Shown one piece after another: positions 33,343 through 45,406 of a stretch of 64,000 bases of DNA. The stretch's first letter is position 1; every line of letters starts with the position of its first letter. Source of the DNA: an uncultured Actinomycetota bacterium (lineage in GTDB: Bacteria > Actinomycetota > Coriobacteriia > Anaerosomatales > JAGXFU01); NCBI GenBank assembly GCA_963790405.1, contig CAWBOJ010000006.1, positions 380,858 through 444,857 on the forward strand, read 5' to 3'. The notes below the pieces were generated by a model. That model searched no databases and was not told the origin of the DNA. It saw only the letters and a list, made by a program, of their open reading frames with translations. The position numbers were made by a program, and so were the translations under genes.

Positions 33343-34319
33343 CGGTGACCGGGCGGACTCGTCGGGCCGTCGCAATCGGTGGCGGAACCGGCCTTCCGAG
33401 GGTCTTGCATTGTCTTCTCGCTAGCGGCTACGAGACCTCGGCTGTGGTCACGATGGCAGACGACGGGGGTTCGACGGGAGTGCTGCGCTCCGAACTCGGC
33501 GTTCTGCCTCCGGGGGACATCCGCAACTGTCTCGTCGCAATGGCCGATGAGCCCCAGGGTCCCCTCGGGACTCTATTTCAATACCGTTTTCCTGCCGGAG
33601 AGGGTCTTGCCGGTCACGCTCTGGGCAACCTCGTACTGGCCGCCCTGGTGGACATCACGGGTTCGTTCCCCGAGGCCGTGGCGACTGCCGAGCGTTTGCT
33701 GGGTGTGCGAGGACGCGTGCTTCCTTCGACTCTCGAGAACGTTGTGTTGCATGCGACTGATTCGAAAGGGCGTCCGGTTCGAGGTCAGGCCAATATCGCT
33801 GTAAGCGATGGACCGGTCGCCCACGTGACGATGGACCCGGCGACCCCAGTCGCGTACGGGCCTGCTCTCGAAGCGATCCGCACGGCAGATGTGATCGTGA
33901 TCGGACCGGGCTCGCTGTTCACGAGTATCATCCCGAACTTCCTTGTCGATGGCGTGATCGATGCGATGCGCGACTCCACCGCGAAGTGCGTGTACATCTG
34001 CAATGTGGCAAATCAACGTGGCGAGACACAGGGGATGGACGCGGCACAGCACGTCGAGACGCTCATGGATCACGGACTGCACGCTTTGCTCGATGCCGTG
34101 GTCGTTCACCATGCCGAGCACGCCGAAACATCGCACACGGTGCCGGGCGTGTGCGATGATGGCGGCAACCGGATCGAGCAGGTCGATGCCGGGACGGCGG
34201 TTCGGGAGCGCATCGAGTCGCTCGGCATACGCGTGGTCGCGGGTGATCTCGTGCATGTCGATCAGCCTCTCACGCATGATCCGGACCGACTCTGCGCCAT
34301 TCTCCGAGAGGTGCTCTAG
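33339..34319 (+). CDS. yvcK: YvcK/CuvA-family protein
   Basis: IGGGTGL, DDGGSTG, PGDIRNCL, GPGSLFTS. Confidence 0.9.
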   Translation: MTVTGRTRRAVAIGGGTGLPRVLHCLLASGYETSAVVTMADDGGSTGVLRSELGVLPPGDIRNCLVAMADEPQGPLGTLFQYRFPAGEGLAGHALGNLVLAALVDITGSFPEAVATAERLLGVRGRVLPSTLENVVLHATDSKGRPVRGQANIAVSDGPVAHVTMDPATPVAYGPALEAIRTADVIVIGPGSLFTSIIPNFLVDGVIDAMRDSTAKCVYICNVANQRGETQGMDAAQHVETLMDHGLHALLDAVVVHHAEHAETSHTVPGVCDDGGNRIEQVDAGTAVRERIESLGIRVVAGDLVHVDQPLTHDPDRLCAILREVL

Positions 34320-34322
34320 CCG

Positions 34323-35273
34323 ATGTCTTTCACGGCCGAGGTCAAAGACGAGCTGTCCCGGGTAGAGCCGAAACGGCAGTGCTGTCTGCGCGCGGAGTTG
34401 GCGGCTATCGTGCGCATCGAGGGCACGCTCCACATCACAGGCAAAGAGCGCTTTCGGCTTGAAGTAGCGACGGAGACCGCGCCCGTGGCGCGGAAAGCCA
34501 TCAAGTTGCTGCACGGACTCTACGACCTCAAGACCGAGCTCACCGTGCGGCGAAGTGTGTTGCACAAGACGAACAACTACCTCATCACCGTTCCGAGCCA
34601 ACCTTCTCTGTCTGGCGCTTTGAGTGAGCTCGGTATCCTTGATGATTCGATGGCGCTTACCTACGGGATCTTGCCGCGCATCGTGCGCAAGGAGTGTTGC
34701 GCTATCTCCTATCTACGGGGGGCGTTTCTCGGCGGCGGTTTCGTTGCCGATCCTCATGGGGACTTTCACTTTGAGCTCACGGCCGAATCCGATCAGCTCG
34801 CCGAGGATTTGGCGGCTTTGATGGACCGCTTCGAGATTCCCGCGAAGACAACTCGCAGGCGCGGTCTGTACACGGTGTACTTGAAAGGCGCCGAACCAAT
34901 CGTGACGTTTCTTGCGCTCGTCGGGGCGCACCGCGCGCTTCTGCGCACAGAGGACGTCCGCATCATGAAGTCAATGCGCAACGATGTGAACAGACTGGTG
35001 AACGCCGAGACCGCGAACCTTCAGAAGACAGCCGATGCGGCGATGTCACAGATCGAAGCCATTCAGCTGCTCGACGAGCAGAGGGGATTGGAGAATCTTG
35101 CGCCGGCGCTGCAGGAGCTGGCGCGACTGCGTCTCGAATATCCGGATGTGAGCCTGCGGGAGCTCGGCGAACTCGCCGACCCGCCTCTCTCGAAATCGGC
35201 GGTATATCATAGGGTTCGTCGCATCGAGGAGCTGGCGGCCGAGGTTCGCCACGAGCATGCGCACTACAGGTAA
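34323..35273 (+). CDS. whiA: DNA-binding protein WhiA
   Basis: SFTAEVKDEL, LRGAFL, NRLVNAETANL, SLRELG...SKSAV. Confidence 0.95.
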   Translation: MSFTAEVKDELSRVEPKRQCCLRAELAAIVRIEGTLHITGKERFRLEVATETAPVARKAIKLLHGLYDLKTELTVRRSVLHKTNNYLITVPSQPSLSGALSELGILDDSMALTYGILPRIVRKECCAISYLRGAFLGGGFVADPHGDFHFELTAESDQLAEDLAALMDRFEIPAKTTRRRGLYTVYLKGAEPIVTFLALVGAHRALLRTEDVRIMKSMRNDVNRLVNAETANLQKTADAAMSQIEAIQLLDEQRGLENLAPALQELARLRLEYPDVSLRELGELADPPLSKSAVYHRVRRIEELAAEVRHEHAHYR

Positions 35274-35309
35274 GAGGAGTTGATGCGGGTTCTTTTTGAG
35301 CCTGTATGA

Positions 35310-36350
<1,041 letters not shown>

Positions 36351-36446
36351 GACGTCAAGCATATCGGGCCGTGCGGTACGGGGGCTTCGTATCCGACGGG
36401 TGTGTTCTGAGACGATCACGCCTGTGCATCAGAGTGCGGAGGAAAC

Positions 36447-37637
36447 ATGTTCGACAAGAAGACGATCCGGGATGTGGACGTCGCCGGCAAACGCGTGCTC
36501 GTCAGAGTGGACTTCAATGTGCCTCTGCTAGAGGGGTCGGTCACCGATGACACGCGCGTTCGGGCTGCGCTCCCGACCCTGCGCTACCTGATCGATCACG
36601 GAGCCCGCGTGATCATCATGAGCCATCTTGGTCGACCGAAAGGTGAGCCCGACCTGCAGTACTCGCTGAAGCCGATCCGGAGGGTGCTCGCGCGGCTCCT
36701 CGGCAGGAACGTGCACTTCGTGAGCGAAACCGTCGGCCCTGAGGCCACCGAGGCGGTTGACCGGATGATCGACGGCGAGATCGTGATGCTCGAGAACACC
36801 CGTTTCAATGCGGGCGAGAAGACGAACGATCCCGCATTTGCCAAACAGCTGGCTGCGTTGGCGGACATCTATGTGAACGACGCGTTCGGAGCGGCCCACC
36901 GTGCGCACGCCTCGACGACGGGGGTGGCAGACTATCTGCCCGCCTACGCCGGGATGCTGCTCAGTCGCGAAGTGGAGACGCTCACCGACATGCTGGCGAA
37001 CCCGGAGCATCCGTTCGTCGCGATATTGGGTGGATCCAAAGTCTCGGACAAGTTCGGTGTGATCGACCGGCTGCTCGACTGCGTGGACGTGCTCATCATC
37101 GGCGGCGGCATGTGTTTCACACTTCTGGTTGCCAAGGGCGTCGACGTGGGCAAGTCGATGGTCGAGGACGAGTGGATTGCCCCCGCCAAAGACATGCTGC
37201 AAAAAGCGCTTGCCAAGGGCGTCGATCTGCTTCTCCCGGTGGACTTCGTTGTGGCCGAGGCAATTGCCGAAGATGTCGACACGAAGATCGTCGGTCGCGA
37301 GGAGATTCCCGCAGAGATGATGGGGCTCGACATCGGTCCGACGACCACCGAACTCTTCACCGGTGCAATCGCGACGGCCCGAACTGTGTTCTGGAACGGA
37401 CCGATGGGTGTATTCGAACTCACGCCCTTCGAATCAGGGACTCGCAAGGTTGCCATGGCCGTCGCGCGAAACAACCGTGCCGTCTCGGTTGTAGGCGGCG
37501 GAGACTCGGTGGCGGCACTCAGGAAGTTCGATGTCGAGGAACGCGTCACCTTCGTCTCTACGGGTGGCGGAGCGTCGATGAAACTGCTCGAAGGCTCGGA
37601 GCTTCCGGGTCTTGAGGCGCTGCTGGATCGGGAGTAA
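36447..37637 (+). CDS. pgk: Phosphoglycerate kinase
   Basis: RVDFNVP, NDAFGAAHRAHAS, WNGPMG, STGGGAS. Confidence 0.98.
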   Translation: MFDKKTIRDVDVAGKRVLVRVDFNVPLLEGSVTDDTRVRAALPTLRYLIDHGARVIIMSHLGRPKGEPDLQYSLKPIRRVLARLLGRNVHFVSETVGPEATEAVDRMIDGEIVMLENTRFNAGEKTNDPAFAKQLAALADIYVNDAFGAAHRAHASTTGVADYLPAYAGMLLSREVETLTDMLANPEHPFVAILGGSKVSDKFGVIDRLLDCVDVLIIGGGMCFTLLVAKGVDVGKSMVEDEWIAPAKDMLQKALAKGVDLLLPVDFVVAEAIAEDVDTKIVGREEIPAEMMGLDIGPTTTELFTGAIATARTVFWNGPMGVFELTPFESGTRKVAMAVARNNRAVSVVGGGDSVAALRKFDVEERVTFVSTGGGASMKLLEGSELPGLEALLDRE

Positions 37638-37692
37638 ATGCAGAGGTGCCCGGGCCGTTAGTCCTTGGTGCCACGGAAGGGGCTGACCGAAT

Positions 37693-38463
37693 ATGAGTGA
37701 TCGACGGCCGATGATTGCCGGCAACTGGAAGATGTACAAGACTGCGGGCGAAGGAGCCATTCTCGTTCAGAATCTCGAGGAGAAGGTTTCGAGCGTGTGG
37801 GATCGTGTCGAGGTCGTGGTCTGTCCGCCGTTCACGGCACTGAAGTCGGTCTCCACGGTGATTGAACTCGATCGTCTCTCGGTAGGACTAGGCGCGCAGA
37901 ACGTGTACTGGGATGACGAGGGTGCATTCACGGGCGAGATTTCCCCGCGGATGCTCAAGGAGTTGCGTTGCGACTACGTCATCATCGGCCACTCGGAGCG
38001 ACGCCAGATGTTCGGCGAGACCGATGAGACCGTCAACCTCAAGATCAAGGCCGTGCACGCTGGCGGGATGCTCCCGATCATGTGCGTGGGAGAGACACTG
38101 GCCACGCGTGAAGCAGGTGAGACCGACTCCTGGGTCCGCTCTCAGGTGCTCGCCGGTCTCAATGGCGTCGATGCAGATCACGCGGCTGAGCTTGTCATTG
38201 CATACGAGCCCATCTGGGCGATCGGTTCCGGCAGCACGCCGACCCCCGAGGATGCGAATGACGTCGCACGCTCTATCCGGGCCACGGTCGGCGCTATGTT
38301 CGGCCCGCCGGCCGCAATGAGCATGCGTGTCCTGTACGGGGGCTCGGTCAAACCGGAGAACGCCACGCTGTTCCTCTCCGAGCCCGACATCGACGGCGCG
38401 CTCGTTGGCGGGGCGGCACTCGACGCCGAATCGTTTGCTGGTATCGTCCACGCGGCTCTGTAG
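37693..38463 (+). CDS. tpiA: Triosephosphate isomerase
   Basis: AGNWKM, GHSERR, AYEPIWAIG, YGGSVKP. Confidence 0.98.
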   Translation: MSDRRPMIAGNWKMYKTAGEGAILVQNLEEKVSSVWDRVEVVVCPPFTALKSVSTVIELDRLSVGLGAQNVYWDDEGAFTGEISPRMLKELRCDYVIIGHSERRQMFGETDETVNLKIKAVHAGGMLPIMCVGETLATREAGETDSWVRSQVLAGLNGVDADHAAELVIAYEPIWAIGSGSTPTPEDANDVARSIRATVGAMFGPPAAMSMRVLYGGSVKPENATLFLSEPDIDGALVGGAALDAESFAGIVHAAL

Positions 38464-38471
38464 GCCTTCGC

Positions 38472-40007
38472 ATGCCGAAGAATCTGCCTGCAGCGTTGAT
38501 TATCATGGACGGATTCGGGTGCGCAGATCCCGGGCCGGGCAACGCAATCGAACTTGCCGCTACCCCGGTGCTAGACGGTCTGTTCGAGACGTGGCCCACG
38601 ACATGCCTGCACGCCTCGGGGCTATCGGTGGGCCTGCCAGAGGGGCAGATGGGCAACTCTGAGGTAGGGCACCTCAACATAGGCGCTGGTCGGATTGTGT
38701 ACCAGGAACTGACGCGGATCTCCCAAGCAATCGAGGATGGCTCGCTTGGCGAGAACACCGTGCTTGCTGAGGCGATCGATGCGGCGGTGCGAGCCGACCG
38801 AGCGCTCCACTTCATAGGTCTTGTCTCGGATGGGGGAGTGCACAGCCATCAAGATCATCTCTATGCTTTGTTGGAGATGGCCCGAGATCGCGGGGCTCGG
38901 CGCGTGTACGTGCACGCCTTCCTGGACGGTCGCGACGTACCACCGCGGTCGGGAGCGGGCTATGTGCGACAACTTGTCGAGCGCATGCACGCGATTGGGA
39001 TCGGAGAAGTGGCTACCGTTATGGGTCGCTACTACGCCATGGATCGTGACCAGCGATGGGAGCGGGTCGAGAAGGCGTGGCGAGCGATGGTGCTCGGCGA
39101 AGGTGTTCGATCTCAAGATGCCGTGGAGGCAATCGAGGAATCGTACACGCACGATGTCACAGACGAGTTTGTCCTGCCCGTGGTCCTCGAAAGTGAGGGC
39201 GAGCCTGTGGCGCGGTTGGCCGATGGCGACTCGCTCGTGTTCTTCAACTTCCGTCCCGATCGTGCTCGGGAGATTACTCGGGCTTTGGTGGACCCGGATT
39301 TCGAGGGGTTCGTTCGATCTCAAACACCGAAGCTGCATTTCGTGTGTCTGACCGAATACGATCCCAGCATCGAAGCCCCGGTGGCATTTCCGAAGAGCTT
39401 CCCCTGTTGCACTCTGGCAGACGTGATTTCCGAGGCGGGTCTTCGGCAGCTTCACATCGCCGAGACCGAGAAGTACGCGCACGTGACCTTCTTCTTGAAT
39501 GGTGGGCAAGAGCTGCCTAAGGCTGGTGAAGAGCGCGTGCTCGTGCCAAGCCCCAAGGTCGCGACGTATGATTCTCAGCCTGAGATGAGCGCGCCCGAGG
39601 TAACAGACGCACTCGTCGCTGCAATCGAAGCCGACAGAGCCGATATCTACATCGTCAACTTCGCGAATTGCGACATGGTCGGGCACACGGGCGTGCTCGA
39701 CGCCGCGATACTCGCGGTCGAGTCAGTCGATTCCGGCGTTGGTCGCGTGGTCGACGCTATCCGCTCCAAGGGTGGCGTCGTGATCATCACCGCCGATCAC
39801 GGCAATGCCGAGAAGATGGTCGCGCAGGACGGGACGACGCCGTTCACGGCGCATACGACGGACGACGTACCGTTGTGTGTGGTCGCAGATGGCCTCCACG
39901 GTCTTGCCAAGGACGGGATTCTCTCCGATATCGCTCCCACGCTGGCAACGCTCATTGGGCTCGATTTGCCCGAGGAGTGGACGGGGCGCTCCCTGCTGGT
40001 ATACTAG
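38472..40007 (+). CDS. gpmI: 2,3-BPG-independent phosphoglycerate mutase
   Basis: GQMGNSEVGH, GRYYAMDRD, AETEKYAHVT, DMVGHTG, TADHGNAE. Confidence 0.97.
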   Translation: MPKNLPAALIIMDGFGCADPGPGNAIELAATPVLDGLFETWPTTCLHASGLSVGLPEGQMGNSEVGHLNIGAGRIVYQELTRISQAIEDGSLGENTVLAEAIDAAVRADRALHFIGLVSDGGVHSHQDHLYALLEMARDRGARRVYVHAFLDGRDVPPRSGAGYVRQLVERMHAIGIGEVATVMGRYYAMDRDQRWERVEKAWRAMVLGEGVRSQDAVEAIEESYTHDVTDEFVLPVVLESEGEPVARLADGDSLVFFNFRPDRAREITRALVDPDFEGFVRSQTPKLHFVCLTEYDPSIEAPVAFPKSFPCCTLADVISEAGLRQLHIAETEKYAHVTFFLNGGQELPKAGEERVLVPSPKVATYDSQPEMSAPEVTDALVAAIEADRADIYIVNFANCDMVGHTGVLDAAILAVESVDSGVGRVVDAIRSKGGVVIITADHGNAEKMVAQDGTTPFTAHTTDDVPLCVVADGLHGLAKDGILSDIAPTLATLIGLDLPEEWTGRSLLVY

Positions 40008-40065
40008 GCAGCTGATTTCGGAACAAGCCGACGGTGTTCAGCCGCGGCCATGAAGGAGAAGCAAC

Positions 40066-40311
40066 GTGAACGTCTTGATCGGCATCATCATGGTCATACA
40101 TGCACTGGTTTCCATCGGTCTCGTCGTGTTCATCCTGTTGCACTCCGGCAAGGGGACGGGCGTCTCGTCGATGTTCAGCGGTGTCATGCCGACGACATCG
40201 ACCGGCACCGGCATCATCGAGAAGAACCTCGATCGCATCACGATCGGGCTGTCAATCGTGTTCGCCGTGACGAACCTGTTGCTCATGATTCTGTACACAC
40301 CGAACATGTAG
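40066..40311 (+). CDS. secG: Preprotein translocase subunit SecG
   Basis: Two TM helices, LLHSGKGTGVSSMF, EKNLDRIT; conserved position after the glycolytic genes. Confidence 0.9.
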   Translation: MNVLIGIIMVIHALVSIGLVVFILLHSGKGTGVSSMFSGVMPTTSTGTGIIEKNLDRITIGLSIVFAVTNLLLMILYTPNM

Positions 40312-40346
40312 CCCCGACGCCTGATACACCTCTATGCATACTCCTA

Positions 40347-40373
40347 GGTGCGCCTATTCATGGGCGCATCTTT
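40347..40373 (+). terminator. Probable terminator after secG
   Basis: GGTGCGCCTA-TTCA-TGGGCGCATC followed by TTT. Confidence 0.55.
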
Positions 40374-40586
40374 GCATTGTATGGATTTTCCCACGCCGGG
40401 CTTGCTAAGGGTTGTTTTTCGACTCGATAAAGGCAAGACTATTCTATGCATGGAGATTGGCGCGGCAGAGGTGGAGCCGTGTGTCCGATGCGTGTGCGGT
40501 TCGCTGGAGACAATGGTTAGGGGCCGCATACCGTTTCGTTATTGGCTTGTGAAGGTGTTCCGATTTCGGAGGGAGGGTGCGCGTTA

Positions 40587-42266
40587 ATGAAGAGATTCCA
40601 CAAGGCTATCTCGATTTCGCTGAGCCTGGTGCTCGCGCTGGCAGTCGCCGGCGTTGCAGGCTGCACGTCCGGAGGTGACGAGGGCGGAGATACCGGTACG
40701 GTAGACCAGAAGATGGGCGGCACGTTCAACTTCTACATCGCCGAACCGGCATTCATCGATCCTTACAACCTTCAGGAGTCTGAAGGCACGCAGGTTGGCC
40801 AGGCTGTCTTTGACTCCCTGGTTGCATTCGACTACAAGACCTCTGAGATCATGCCGGCAGCTGCAGAGAGCTGGGAGGCCAACGAGGACGCGAGCGTATG
40901 GACGTTCCACCTTGTTGACGGCGCCAAGTTCCATAACGGTGACCCTGTGACTGCTGCAGACTTCAAGTACGCATGGGAGCGCATCTGCAATCCCGACAAC
41001 GAGTCTGAGATCTCGTATCACCTGGGTGCCGTAAAGGGTTACGACGCCATGCAGGCCGGCGAAGCCACCGAGCTCGAAGGCGTTGTCGCTGTTGACGATC
41101 TGACTCTCGAGGTCACTCTGAACGACTCGTTCGCAGACTTCGAGTACGTTGTAGGCCACCCGGCTCTCGCGCCGGTGCCGATGGATGCCGTTGAGAATGG
41201 CGTCGACTACAACGGTGCGATGGTTGACTTCTCCGATATGCCGATCGGCAACGGCCCGTTCATGATGAGCGAGCCCTGGGCGCACGACCAGTATGTCAAG
41301 GTCGAGAAGTTCGCTGACTACTACGGCGACGAGGCGAACCTCGACGCTGTCAACTTTGCAATCCTGGCCGACCAGGACACCGCGTTCATCGCGTTCCAGG
41401 CCGGAGATCTGGACTTTGTTCCGATCCCCACCGGTCAGATCCAGAGCACGGTTGACGAGTATGGCGAAAGCCCCGACGGCTACAGCGTGAACCCTGGCGA
41501 GCAGGTCAGCCTTGGTGCTGAGCTTGCAACGTATTATCTGCTTGAGAACAACACGGACGAAGTCATGAAGGACCCCAAGGTCCGCGCCGCATTCTCGATG
41601 GCCATCGATCGCGAGCAGATCGCGGAGAAGGTCTTCGAGGGCACGCGTATCCCGGCTACGGGTATCGTCCCGCCAGGCATCGTGGGCTTCCAGGAGGACG
41701 GCTTCCAGTACTCCAAGTACGATCCTGAGGCTGCAGCCGCCATGCTGGCAGACGCTGGCTATCCCGACGGCGAAGGCCTGCCGACGATCAAGCTCGAGTA
41801 CAACACCGGCTCCGGTCACGAGGACATCCTTGCACTGGTGAAGGACGACCTTGCTGCTATCGGCGTTGAGTCTGAGCTGGTCGGCACCGAGTGGGCGCAG
41901 TATCTGGACAAACTGGATGAGAAGACCTACCAGGTCGGTCGTCTCGGCTGGATCGCCGACTATCCGATCATGGACAACTTCCTGTATCCGCTGTTCCTGA
42001 CCGATAGTGGCGACAACTACGCTGCCTACAGTGATCCGGCAGTCGACGCGCTGCTCGCGGATGCTCGCAAGGAGCTCGATACCGACGCGCGCATCGAGAT
42101 GTACCGTGAAGTAGAGAAGACCGTCGGCGACGCAGCTGCGGTCATCCCGATCGTCTTCTACCGCCACACGCGTGTTGCGTCTGACCGCGTGAACGAGGGT
42201 GTGTTCAGCCCCAACGGCATGTTCAACTTTGACCAGGTCTGGCTGACCACGGATGGTGCTGAGTAA
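40587..42266 (+). CDS. Peptide ABC transporter substrate-binding lipoprotein (OppA/DppA family)
   Basis: Lipobox VAGC; WTFHL...KFHNGDPVTAADF; GNGPF; GWIADYP. Confidence 0.93.
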   Translation: MKRFHKAISISLSLVLALAVAGVAGCTSGGDEGGDTGTVDQKMGGTFNFYIAEPAFIDPYNLQESEGTQVGQAVFDSLVAFDYKTSEIMPAAAESWEANEDASVWTFHLVDGAKFHNGDPVTAADFKYAWERICNPDNESEISYHLGAVKGYDAMQAGEATELEGVVAVDDLTLEVTLNDSFADFEYVVGHPALAPVPMDAVENGVDYNGAMVDFSDMPIGNGPFMMSEPWAHDQYVKVEKFADYYGDEANLDAVNFAILADQDTAFIAFQAGDLDFVPIPTGQIQSTVDEYGESPDGYSVNPGEQVSLGAELATYYLLENNTDEVMKDPKVRAAFSMAIDREQIAEKVFEGTRIPATGIVPPGIVGFQEDGFQYSKYDPEAAAAMLADAGYPDGEGLPTIKLEYNTGSGHEDILALVKDDLAAIGVESELVGTEWAQYLDKLDEKTYQVGRLGWIADYPIMDNFLYPLFLTDSGDNYAAYSDPAVDALLADARKELDTDARIEMYREVEKTVGDAAAVIPIVFYRHTRVASDRVNEGVFSPNGMFNFDQVWLTTDGAE

Positions 42267-42288
42267 TCACCGTCCATGCTGACAACGT

Positions 42289-42319
42289 ACACCGGGGCGT
42301 CCTAGCGGCGCCCCGGTGT
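42289..42319 (+). terminator. Intercistronic hairpin after the substrate-binding protein gene
   Basis: ACACCGGGGCGTC...GGCGCCCCGGTGT. Confidence 0.6.
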
Positions 42320-42384
42320 CGCGTTCAGCACTTGATCTGATTCTGAGTTCCCGACAACGGCGCTCAACGGACTAGGCCACATCC

Positions 42385-43355
42385 ATGTTCAAGTACATCT
42401 TCAAGCGCATGCTTCAGATGATTCCGGTGTTCATTGGCGTCACCATGCTGCTGTTCGTCTTGCGCGCGCCGGGTATTCTGCCTGGCGATCCGGTGCGGAT
42501 GATCACGGGCGACAAGTCGATCTCCGAGGAGCTCTATCAGGAGATAGTCAGAGAGAATGCGCTCGATCAACCGATCTGGAAGCAATACGTCATCTACCTC
42601 GACCATCTCGTTCACGGCGATCTCGGGCAGTCGTTCCAGAAGAGCCGCCCAGTCACTGAGATTCTTGCCGACAAATTCCCGAATACCCTTCGCCTCGCTG
42701 TTGCGGCGATCATCATAGAGATCATCATCGGTGTTGGAGCCGGATTGATATCGGCGGTGAAACGCTACTCGTTCTCGGATGTGTTTGTCACTCTGACAAC
42801 ATCGGTGCTCGTGTCCGTCCCGGTCTTCTGGTTAGGCATGCTGCTCCAGATGCTCTTCGGCATCAAGCTGAAGCAGTGGACGGGCGGCACCTTCTACTTA
42901 CCGATCTTCGGGATGGGTGACCCGCCTGATTTCGTCCACATCATCTTGCCGGCCTTCACGCTGGCGTCGGTCTCTTCGGCGTATGTGGCGCGCATCATGC
43001 GCAGTCAGATGCTTGAGGCTTGGGCCAGGACTACGTGCGTACCGCACAGGCCAAGGGTCTGACCCAGAGTGCTGTGGTACGCAAGCACGCGCTCAAGAAC
43101 GCGTTGATTCCGGTCGTGACGTTCATCGGTATCGACTTCGGAGTCATGATGAGCGGCGCGATTCTGACTGAGACGATCTTCAGTTGGCCGGGTGTGGGGC
43201 GAGAGATCTTCCTTGCCATCGGGCAGCGTGATTGGCCGGTGGTGATCGGTGGCGTCATCGTCATCGTCATCGTGGTCATGGCCATCAACCTGCTGATTGA
43301 CATCAGCTACGCCTTCCTCGATCCCAGGATCAGGTACGGAGGTGCGGCAGAATGA
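42385..43355 (+). CDS. Peptide ABC permease, OppB family (frameshift near 43020)
   Basis: PGDP, GDLGQS, then DYVRTAQAKGL, HALKNALIP in the next frame. Confidence 0.9.
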
Positions 43356-44389
43356 GCGATCACCACGACCCGAATGTGCCGCACCAGCACGATGAAAGCG
43401 GGCTGGTGCACGGCGATATCGTTGACGTAGACGGCCATGCGGTGAAAGATACCGGATCGCTTTCGCCGACTGCCCCATTTTCCGACGGCGATGTAGCCGA
43501 ACTGGGTGCTGGTGCTCCGCGCACCTTGTGGGGCGACGCATGGCGCAGGCTGCGCAGGAACAAACTCGCGATTGGGAGTCTGATCTGGCTGGTCATCGTG
43601 GTTTCCACGGTGTTCACGGCAGACCTATGGGTGCCCGCCTACTTCTCGAGCCCCTACGATCCGGCCTACGAGGCGCTGCAGCCGCCCTCGCTGCCCGATC
43701 ATCCCTTCGGTACGGACAAGCTCGGCCGCGATGTGTTCAGTAGAGTCGTCTACGGCGGGCAGATCTCGCTGGAGGTCGGCATCGTGGCAGTGAGCATCTC
43801 ATTGGCGATAGGCCTGCTGCTGGGTGCTCTATCCGGCTACTACTCGGGATTCGTCGACTCGGCGATTATGCGGTTCGCCGATATCTTCTTTGCCTTCCCG
43901 TACATCCTGTTTGCAATCGCGCTGATGGCAGTGTTCAGATCGAGCGGATCTGAGTTCGGGAACAGTTTCTGGCCGGTCTTCATAGCCATCGGTATCCTCG
44001 GCTGGCCGTCGATCGCACGTGTGTTCAGATCGTCGATCTTGTCGGTCAAGGAGAATGAGTACATCGATGCGGCGCGGGCCATGGGCGCCAGCGACATACG
44101 CATCATGTTCCGGCACATCATGCCGAACGCTATCGCTCCCATCATCGTGTACGGCACGATGAGCGTCGGCGGGGCGATCTTGTCCGAGGCGGCGCTGTCG
44201 TTTTTGGGAATGGGAGTGCAGCCACCTGAGCCGTCGTGGGGTCTCATGCTCTCCGAGGCGAAACCGCTCATGTTCGCCGCGCCCTGGCTGACGATCTGGC
44301 CTGGGCTAGCGATTCTTGCGACTGTGCTCGCGTTCGTGTTGATGGGTGACGGGATGCGGGACGCGCTCGACGTGAAGATGAAGGACTGA
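43352..44389 (+). CDS. Peptide ABC permease, OppC family
   Basis: HPFGTDKLGRDVFSR, EYIDAARAMG, SFLGMG. Confidence 0.93.
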   Translation: MSDHHDPNVPHQHDESGLVHGDIVDVDGHAVKDTGSLSPTAPFSDGDVAELGAGAPRTLWGDAWRRLRRNKLAIGSLIWLVIVVSTVFTADLWVPAYFSSPYDPAYEALQPPSLPDHPFGTDKLGRDVFSRVVYGGQISLEVGIVAVSISLAIGLLLGALSGYYSGFVDSAIMRFADIFFAFPYILFAIALMAVFRSSGSEFGNSFWPVFIAIGILGWPSIARVFRSSILSVKENEYIDAARAMGASDIRIMFRHIMPNAIAPIIVYGTMSVGGAILSEAALSFLGMGVQPPEPSWGLMLSEAKPLMFAAPWLTIWPGLAILATVLAFVLMGDGMRDALDVKMKD

Positions 44390-44392
44390 TCC

Positions 44393-45406
44393 ATGCCTCT
44401 ACTTCAAGTCAACGATCTCAAGACTCACTTCTTCACCCGCGACGGCGTAGTGAAAGCCGTTGACGGTGTGACGTTCACGCTCGAGAAGGGCAAGACGCTG
44501 GCAGTGGTCGGCGAGTCCGGCTCGGGCAAGTCGGTTACAGCCCTGTCGCTCATGCGTCTGATTCCCGACCCTCCCGGCAAGATCGTCTCGGGAGAGATCC
44601 TGTTCAAGGACGAGGATGTCCTCGGCATGTCTGATGCGAAGGTCCGTGCGCTGAGGGGCGACCGCATCGCGATGATCTTCCAGGACCCCATGACGTCGCT
44701 GAACCCCGTCTATCGGGTGGGCAAGCAGATCGGCGAGTCGCTACGCCTGCACAAAGGCATGTCGAAGAAGCAGGCACTCGATCGCGCGATCGAGCTACTG
44801 GAGATGGTTGGGATCCCGAACCCTGCAGATCGGGCCAAGGACTATCCGCATCAATTCTCCGGAGGTATGCGTCAGCGCGCGATGATAGCCATGGCGCTTG
44901 CGTGTGATCCGGACATCTTGATTGCCGACGAACCGACGACCGCGTTGGATGTAACGATTCAGGCGCAGATCCTCGATCTGATGGTGGCGTTGCAGCAGCG
45001 GACCAGCACGTCGATCATCATGATCACTCACGACCTGGGCGTCGTAGCTGACATCGCAGACGACGTCATGGTCATGTATGGCGGCAAGCAGGTCGAGTAC
45101 TCAATGTCCGAAGAGGTCTTCTACAGACCGATGCATCCCTACACGTGGGGCCTCCTGGACAGTCTCCCGCGTCACGATGTGGACGAGAAGGGGACGCTGC
45201 TTCCCATCACCGGACAACCGCCCAGTCTTATCCACGTGCCGGCCGGATGTTCCTTCCATCCTCGATGTCCGTATGCACAAGACGTGTGTAGATCGGCAGT
45301 TCCCGAGCTGCTCGAGGTTGCGCCTGGGCATCTGGCTGCGTGCCATTTTGCCGGTGAGGCGAGCTTCAAGCGCGGGTCGGTTGCCTCGACAGTAGAGGTG
45401 GCCTAG
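44393..45406 (+). CDS. Peptide ABC ATPase, OppD family
   Basis: GESGSGKS, FQDPMTSLNP, FSGGMRQR, C-terminal Cys cluster. Confidence 0.94.
   Translation: MPLLQVNDLKTHFFTRDGVVKAVDGVTFTLEKGKTLAVVGESGSGKSVTALSLMRLIPDPPGKIVSGEILFKDEDVLGMSDAKVRALRGDRIAMIFQDPMTSLNPVYRVGKQIGESLRLHKGMSKKQALDRAIELLEMVGIPNPADRAKDYPHQFSGGMRQRAMIAMALACDPDILIADEPTTALDVTIQAQILDLMVALQQRTSTSIIMITHDLGVVADIADDVMVMYGGKQVEYSMSEEVFYRPMHPYTWGLLDSLPRHDVDEKGTLLPITGQPPSLIHVPAGCSFHPRCPYAQDVCRSAVPELLEVAPGHLAACHFAGEASFKRGSVASTVEVA

Noticed and set aside
40584-42167. Long antisense ORF (527 aa), and similar ones at 61249-62919 and 24286-25425
   Set aside because: Shadow ORFs opposite well-supported genes, expected with high-GC codon bias
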